Positions 56,051 through 64,000 of a stretch of DNA of 64,000 nt are shown piece by piece. The stretch comes from Haliotis rubra (taxonomy: Eukaryota), in assembly GCF_003918875.1 (NCBI RefSeq), contig NW_025767457.1, positions 310,001 through 374,000 of the forward strand. The letters are read 5' to 3'. A program made the translations under genes and the position numbers. The notes below the pieces were generated by a model. That model searched no databases. It was not told where the DNA came from and worked only from the letters and a program-made list of their open reading frames with translations. Within the stretch, counting starts at the first letter, position 1; each line of letters starts with the position of its first letter.

Positions 56051-56408
56051 GGTGAGGTGAGGTGAAATTGGGTTTAACGTCGTGCTTGAGAATATTTCGC
56101 TCATATGACGACGTGCATGCGTGTGTATGTGTATGTGCGGCTGCTTGTACTAGCCCAGACTGAAGCTGGTTTTATAGTGCTAGCCCACTGAGATACCATG
56201 CTGCAGTGAAGCATGAATATCCCACTCTCAGACACATTATACTGACTCCGAGCCGACCAGTCCTTGTTGTACCCATTAATGCCGAGCGCCAGACAGGGAC
56301 CAACAAGTACCATATTTTAACGTCTTTTGGTATGACGCGGTCGGGGATCGAACCCGGACCTTCCGCTCTTCAGGCGGACGCTCTAACCACTACACCACGG
56401 AGGCGGTC
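56051..56408 (-). mobile_element. SINE family C copy
   Basis: Reverse copy of 29105-29464 with 14-bp TSD GAAGCGGTGTAAGA (56037-56050, 56409-56422). Confidence 0.9.
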
Positions 56409-58409
56409 GAAGCGGTGTAAGAATCTGTACCGAAACGTTGCATCATAATATAATAAAGATGTTGTCATCCATAAAGTATATTGCCTTTATTATTAGTTTT
56501 AAAGTTGATGATATAGATATATTAACCTTCGAAAATGTTGAATAGTCTAGTTTTGATCCGATGCACGAGCGTTTTCAGCTGTTTATAAAACGTGTCATTT
56601 ATAGGTACTGCAGTATGTTCAATTTGCTTTTAAATGTGACATGTAGCGAGGCTTGAGTTATGTTGTTAAGGCAAATGTGTGATGCTGAGGACGTTGTCTC
56701 GCGATACCTGTGTAACATGAGAAACAGGTGAAACTTAAACATTGGATGTGTCCAAGTCGTCAGTGGTGCCGTAATTCGTGGAACAGTTGCGTCCCTTTGG
56801 ACACTCAAGAAACCGACGTGGGTTCGAACCGCGTTTCACCCCTGTTATGTTCGTAAGTTTGTCAGCATTATGTCCTTACAAAATGGTTTCACAAAAAGTG
56901 GTAAACGTCTGAGAACAACATTACTTCGGGCTTTCCTCCCACAATCAGCAGACACGCTGTTATATGGCTAAAATACTGTTCAAATGTGCGGTAAAACCCA
57001 CTCACTCATGTGAACATTGAATACACAATGCCATTAAAAAATGGTCAAATGTAACATATGTTATGGATCACACTTTCTTAGCAAAGTACAGAATCTAGTG
57101 CTTTTGTTGGGTTGAGTCCCATCCGGGATTCGAACCCACACCCTCAGAGTCCGGCACCTGATCGCTATCAACCAAAGTCAACCAAAGGTACTAGAATCTG
57201 TACTTTACTGAGAAAGTGTAATCTCAAATATAACACATGTCATGTGAACATGTTAAATACCATTGACAATAGATTTACAAAAGCCAACTTGAGGTATCAT
57301 AGACCTGACCATCGTCAGAAAAATGGCTCATTTCCTCACAGTTTCCAATATCCAGTACTGTTGTCTCATGTCACCCCTTGAGATTTCAAATCCGTAAGGG
57401 CAAACGTAACGCATATCAACAGTGTTTCAAAACTCTCTGTAACTTCACAGTTTGACATTTTATGATAGGCCATACACGACCTACAACACCCTTAGTTTCA
57501 CGTTTAGCACTATTCCTAATGGGATTGGGCACAGACATGTTCACTTTCTAATTTCATGCAACAGTTCAGCATGCGTCCACGCCATGTTGTAGTTCCACCC
57601 ACTGAAGCGACGGGATAATTGCAGTTGTATAGACATATAGAAGCATACCTCCAAGGGCCTTCATGGATACCGCGCCTGCTGACAATTTCCCCGAGATGCA
57701 ATGAAATCCCCTTTAAGCACGGCGCTAACATCAGACCAAAGAGTACTCTTCTGGAAGACAGTTTTGATTAGTCACAACGTACTACTATCACAGAATCATA
57801 TAACGTTTTGGTGGAAAGTCGCATCAGCCAAAGGTTCCCCTGAGACACCACTTACCAGTAAAAGTGTTTCGTTTCACCCATTGCTTAAAACCTATCACGA
57901 AAGTGAATTTTTGGTGGACAGTTTTGTGACCGTCTAAAATTAGGAGAATGCCCTTTTAATCACTTTACTTGACGTTGCCCCGCAACGTTCGGGCCAATGT
58001 CATTGCCATTTTGGATTAAAAACCTTTCATCTGGTCTTTGGAGAGCGGTAAGGCAACCTATCACGATTTTCTATCACTAATATTCTTAATCGAATTGCGG
58101 TCTTATCACAGGGCGCCTTGAAGCGTGACATATAGAAGCTTTCTGGCGCTCTCCCTTCATCGCTGGGACGGCCTCTGACGTCTCAAGTTGTCTCGTCCCC
58201 CAGAACACTTTCATCATACTGTAGTTACTCTGGTAAAAATACAGCCATTGGCTTTTGGGCTTAAACATTACTTCCCCACATATACAAAGCCTCATTATGT
58301 TGTATTTCTCATTGACTCGAGGCGGAGACGGTCTATATGTTTGTATTTAGAATTGTGTGTATATTAGAGACGATGGGTTTATGAAAGACGCTGTGTATAT
58401 ATGATGGAA

Positions 58410-60525
58410 GGTGTGTGTATTAGAGATGCTGTGTGTATTGGATGTGTGAATATGAGGGAAGATGTGTGTATTAGAGATGGTATGTGTATTGGATGTGTGG
58501 ATATGAGGAAGATGTACGTTTTAGAGATGGTATGTGTATTGGATGTGTGAAAATGAGGGAAGATGTGCGTATTAGAGATGGTATGTGTATTGGATGTGTG
58601 AATATGAGGGAAGATGTGCGTCTAAGAGATGGTATGTGTATTGGATGTGTGAATATGAGGGAAGGTGTGCGTATTAGAGATGGTATGTGTATTGGATGTG
58701 TGAATATGAGGGAAGATGTGCGTATTAGAGATGGTATGTGTATTGGATGTGTGAATATGAGGTAAGATGTGCGTATTAGAGATGGTATGTGTATTGGATG
58801 TGTGAATATGAGGGAAGATGTGCGTATTAGAGATGGTATGTGTATTGGATGTGTGAATATGAGGGAAGGTGTGCGTATTAGAGATGGTATGTGTATTGGA
58901 TGTGTGAATATGAGGTAAGATGTGCGTATTAGAGATGGTATGTGTATTGATGTGTGATGAATATGAGTGTATTAAGATGTGTGTATTGGATGTGTGATTA
59001 GAGGGAATGGTATGTGGTATTGTATTGGATGTGTGAATATGATGGAATGTGTGTGTATTAGAGATGGTATGTGTATTGGATGTGTGAATATGAGGGAAGG
59101 TGTGTGTATTAGAGATGGTATGTGTATTGGATGTGTGAATATGAGGGAAGGTATGTGTATTAGAGATGGTATGTGTATTGGATGTGTGAATATGATGGAA
59201 GATGTTTGTGTATTAGAGATGATATGTGTATTGGATGTGTGATTATGAGGGAATGTGTGTGTATTAGAGATGGTGTGTGTATTGGATGTGTGAATATGAG
59301 GGAAGGTGTGTGTATTAGAGATGGTATGTGTATTGGATGTGTGAATATGAGGGAAGGTGTGTGTATTAGAGATGGTGTGTGTATTGGATGTGTGAATATG
59401 AGGGAAGATGTGCGTATTAGAGATGGTATGTGTATTGGATGTGTGAATATGAGGGAAGATGTGTGTGTATTAGAGATGGTATGTGTGTTGTGTGTGAATA
59501 TGAGGGAAGGTGTGTGTATTAGAGATGGTATGTGTATTGGATGTGTGAATATGAGGGAAGATGTGCGTATTAGAGATGGTATGTGTATTGGATGTGTGAA
59601 TATGAGGGAATGTGTGTGTATTAGAGATGGTATGTGTTTTGGATGTGTGAATATGAGGGAAGGTGTGCGTATTAGAGATGGTATGTGTATTGGATGTGTG
59701 AATATGAGGGAAGGTATGTATATTAGAGAGTGGTATGTGTGGATGTGTGAATATGAGGGAGATTAGAGATGGTGTATGTGTGATTATGTGTGTGATTATG
59801 GATGTGTGATTATGAGGGAATGTGAATATGTGTGTATTAGAGATGGTGTGTGTATTGGATGTGTGAATATGAGGGAAGGTGTGTGTATTAGAGATGGTAT
59901 GTGTATTGGATGTGTGAATATGAGGGAATGTGTGTGTATTAGAGATGGTGTGTGTATTGGATGTGTGAATATGAGGGAATGTGTGTGTATTAGAGATGGT
60001 GTGTGTATTGGATGTGTGAATATGAGGGAAGGTGTGTGTATTAGAGATGGTGTGTGTATTGGATGTGTGAATATGAGGGAAGGTGTGTGTATTAGAGATG
60101 GTGTGTGTATTGGATGTGTGAATATGAGGGAATGGTGTGTGTATTAGAGATGGTGTGTGTATTGGATGTGTGAATATGAGGGAAGGTGTGTGTATTAGAG
60201 ATGTGTGTATGTGTATTGGATGTGTGAATATGAGGGAAGGTGTGTGTATTAGAGATGGTGTGTGTATTGGATGTGTGAATATGAGGGAAGACTGTGTGTA
60301 TTAGAGATGGTGTTAGTAATATTGTGTGAACATCACGGTGTGGGACACCAGAAATGGGCTTCACACATTGTACCCATGTAGGGATTCGAAGGCGGGGCTT
60401 CGGCGTGACGAGCCAACGCTTTAACCATTAGGCTACCCCACCGCCCGTGAATATGAGGGAAGGTATGCGTATTAGAGATGGTATGTGGTATGCGTATTAG
60501 AGATGGTATGTGTATTGGATGCGTG
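58410..60525. repeat. 51-bp minisatellite array, interrupted near its end by a SINE (60315-60446)
   Basis: Unit gtattagagatggtatgtgtattggatgtgtgaatatgagggaagRtgtgY; produces the spurious 17-aa-repeat ORFs. Confidence 0.96.
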
Positions 60526-63500
60526 TGTTTTTAGACGGTGTGTATTTTGAAACGGTGTGTGTATAGGGCGACGGTGTGTCCATTGGGGGCTATATGTTTA
60601 TTACAAATTGGATGTGCATGAGGGACGTAGTGAGTATTGGATTGGTGCCTACGCTACTGATAAACATCTAAGCAAATAATGTAGTTTTCACATGGATAAG
60701 ATCTGGCTGGATGTAGTTGGCAGTGCATAGGAATTAACCATTTCGTTTTGTCAGATACAATAAATATCTGATTGAACATTCTTCATGTGATCCGAGTCTT
60801 TAAAGAGCATCAATATTTTTTAATATATGTTCAAAGTGATTTGTATCAAATAGAAGAACGGCCCGAATACATTATCCCTGTCGTACTCCAAAAGTGAGTT
60901 CCAATGTGTAATTCGTGTCTTGATGTTAAAGCCAATGGTGATGGCTGCATATAGACCTTAAGGCTATCTCTTCCGATATTTCACCAAATACATGGAATAT
61001 AGAAGTAGACACAGTCGAACACATGTCAGCATTAGCCAATAGATCTAGTAAACCAGGGCACTTTAAATACTCTCTGGGTCGCCCATTTGTACTAAGTCTC
61101 TACATCAGATCGTTCTCATACACGTATCCTGTCATAAATGTGACACATTACTTCTTTTCGAATTAGGCCCGTTACTTTCTTTTATTTAGTTCATAAAGAA
61201 TTTGAAACTATATATCGGATCCCCTGTGTAATGGAATACTGCTTTCGTCACCACTTTCCGTAACCTGCAAGAAGATGCGTCTCTTGAGAGAGGCATGAGT
61301 CGCCCTTCGACTCGTCTCGGAATGACATGAGTGACCTTGAATGTTACTACTAGTGACGAAGGGCTCTTACCGTAAAGCGATCTCAACGCCATGTTGGCGA
61401 ACGTGGCTTAGAGCATTCGTGGCAGATCGCTCTGTAGAAGACCTTACCATACACTGCATCATACGGAAGCCAATTGCTAATGCCATCTTTTTTTATAATC
61501 TTGAAAATAAATTAACGAAACTAAATGGAGAACATTGTTGATTATCTTATATTATCTTGAGAATCCTAAATAAACCTAGTTCAACTTTATGACCGAAGGC
61601 TTCACTTATGCTCTAAGTTGATACTGTTGTCAGATAGGAACGTAATTTTTCAAGTTAGCTGCTCGAATTTTCAAAATGTAAAGTTTGTGGCCTTAAAGGC
61701 TTTGTAGGATACAGTATTGAAGCCTGGAGGTGAGAGACTGTGTGTTGCAGACCCTGTGCATTTATTGGGGGAGATACTGTATGTGATTCATCCTGCCTTC
61801 TCTTATATCAGGGTCGTACTTCGCCAGCAGTAGAAACGCGTGCCAACACTGTTAAAAAGTTCATTTTACGTTGCAGATCAATGCGTTATTTGAGCTTCAA
61901 ATTCGCAATGAATATGCAGAAGATAGTATTGGGTCGATAGGCAAAGCCTAGAGACACACCGGTTTCTTGCGTGCCAGAGACAGTAAACAGACAATGAATA
62001 TTGAAGAAAACAATGCCAAGATGAGTGATGGACAATACCGACCCATCATTCAATGTCCTTCTGTGGTTCAGATCGAAAGTGCCAAAAGGGCTCCAATTTC
62101 CCTTTTAAGTCTGAACTTTAACACTTGTTGATATCCTGGCCTAAATGGCTGGAGCCATGACGTTATATGATCATATCTCTGGGGTTCTTCAACCAAACAT
62201 GCCGCTGGCTTCGGTAGGTGTTGGAAAACCTGATAACGTAACTGTTCGGTTTCTTTACAAGTAATTTACACTATACATCTTATCAGCAGGTCCTAGTATT
62301 TGCACAAGGAGATCCTCGTGCGGGCTTTAAGCGGTCAGTGTCACAGTGTTGTTTTCCTATACCACAGACGCACAGAAGGCGGTGGTTGTTTGAGCTGCCC
62401 AATATGCCAGCAAGCAGAGATTGTGAAGTATTACGTTAGTTTAGAAAGTGATTTCCATTTCACTGTACAATTTACATAATTGATGTTGTGTTTAATGGGC
62501 AGGCTACGCTTTCGACATTTTGGTAACAAAAACATTTGCAAACTTGTTGTTGAAAAAGCCGAAGAGCCCTATCCAATTTAAGAACTTTAATGAATAATTA
62601 ACCTTTTACGGCAAGAGCCCGATCTGTTGGGAGCACAAGCATCACGGCTTCCAATTGAAACATTGCTCATGAATTTTCATAACCGACTTATTTCCATTCA
62701 GATGGATTTGAAAGCGTTGATAATGTGAAACACATTGTTTTTGTTCCGTCCATATAATTATGTATTCTATTTGCGTTTGAAATCAATATTATACAGTTAA
62801 CATTCCGACATTGTCGTCCCTGTACTTCGTAATTCCTATTTGGATTTTGATCAGTATCAAAGTTTGATTTTAAATAATAACAAAACTATTATCTGATAGT
62901 TAACCCTATTATCATATCATAAAGAAATTGTTCGTTTGTGCATGATTAAAAAACACACTCCTCGATCTGGAGTCAACGCAGGCATTGAAAGGCCGAAATC
63001 TAGTCTATCTCTGTAGTACGAACCCCTATATTTCAGAAACTGTTTATCCGATCAATAACCGTTACGACATAAAAACGATACCAGTTTTACAAGGTTTCCA
63101 TTCTACGTTTAATAGCATGATCAGAAGCGCTAAAAATATGTTTTTTAACAGCTAGAACAAACTGCTGCCTGTCACAGCCCAGTGAGTTAGTAGTTGGTAC
63201 GACTCTCTCACAAATCAGTGAAGATATATATCCGGAATATATATCTCCATTCAACTCTCATCCCCACCGCAACAACAGCAGTCCGAAGCTCTTGAAATTG
63301 TGAAACTTGAGAGTTCCTATGTAGAAATAGTACTATTTAATCTTATATAACATTTTTTCACTATATGTTTGTAAACAGTATTGACTGAGTGATAATGGTT
63401 TCTGGCCGTCTATAATATTTGATGAGTCCCTACTTTCTGGCAGTCCTAGATAAATCGATAAAAAGTGTATGTTTTTTTACATCCTCTTACTTGTTGAAAA

Positions 63501-63659
63501 TGTATCACCCGGCTCTTTGAAATACTCCAAGGAATTTCCAGTTAATAAAAAACACCTCTCTGTAATCGAAGAAGGAAATTATCTTTCTCTCAAGCTTCGT
63601 TTTTTAACCGCCTTGCAATCTTTTCTTTTTTCGCCGTTTGTTTGCTAGTAGAATATATG

Positions 63660-64000
63660 TAGGACCATTATGTGATAACAGTGCAGATAAATGGGCAGAT
63701 ATCCGTGAAGTTATAGAGGACCATTAGGTGCTTACACTGCAGATATCTGTGAAGTTATAAAGGACCATTAGGTGCCTATACTGCAGATATCCGTGAAGTT
63801 ATAGAGGACCATTAGGTGCCTATACTGCAGATATCCGTGAAGTTATAGAGGACCATTAGGTGCCTATACTGCAGATATCCGTGAAGTTATAGAGGACCAT
63901 TAGGTGCCTATACTGCAGATATCCGTGAAGTTATAGAGGACCATATCCGTGAAGTTATAGAGGAGGACCATTAGGTGCCTATACTGCAGATATCCGTGAA
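63660..64000. repeat. 44-bp tandem repeat running off the right edge
   Basis: Unit gaggaccattaggtgcctatactgcagatatccgtgaagttata, period 44 (63804, 63848, ...). Confidence 0.95.

Noticed and set aside
58484-60364. Cys-rich repeat ORFs (IRDGMCIGCVNMRE)
   Set aside because: These are translations of a 51-bp satellite with frequent frame breaks and no gene structure.

Overview
Repeat-rich, AT-rich, intron-containing animal genomic DNA. The SINE types suggest a mollusc, possibly an abalone-like gastropod (inference). I assembled these spliced genes by hand from GT-AG junctions and reading frame: the 5' part of an unknown minus-strand gene head-to-head with RPS24; RPS24, with alternative C-terminal exons; PTCD1, whose largest exon is frameshifted, probably by assembly error; TVP23 (minus), head-to-head with PLD6/zucchini (plus). 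The main find is a two-gene cassette at 16.3-19.8 kb. An intact 3-exon gene for a chromo-barrel/Tudor-knot protein is followed 21 bp later by a frameshifted RAG1/Transib-like DDE transposase, suggesting a RAG-like element paired with a chromatin reader instead of RAG2. PTCD1 intron 5 holds a non-autonomous DIRS retrotransposon (ITRs, ICR, RNase H remnant) with a tandem array of strand-specific structured RNA modules. The window also has an IS3EU-like foldback element, Tc1/mariner, hAT, MULE and Harbinger elements with target-site duplications, three SINE families, a probable Penelope hammerhead remnant, and 51-bp and 44-bp satellites.
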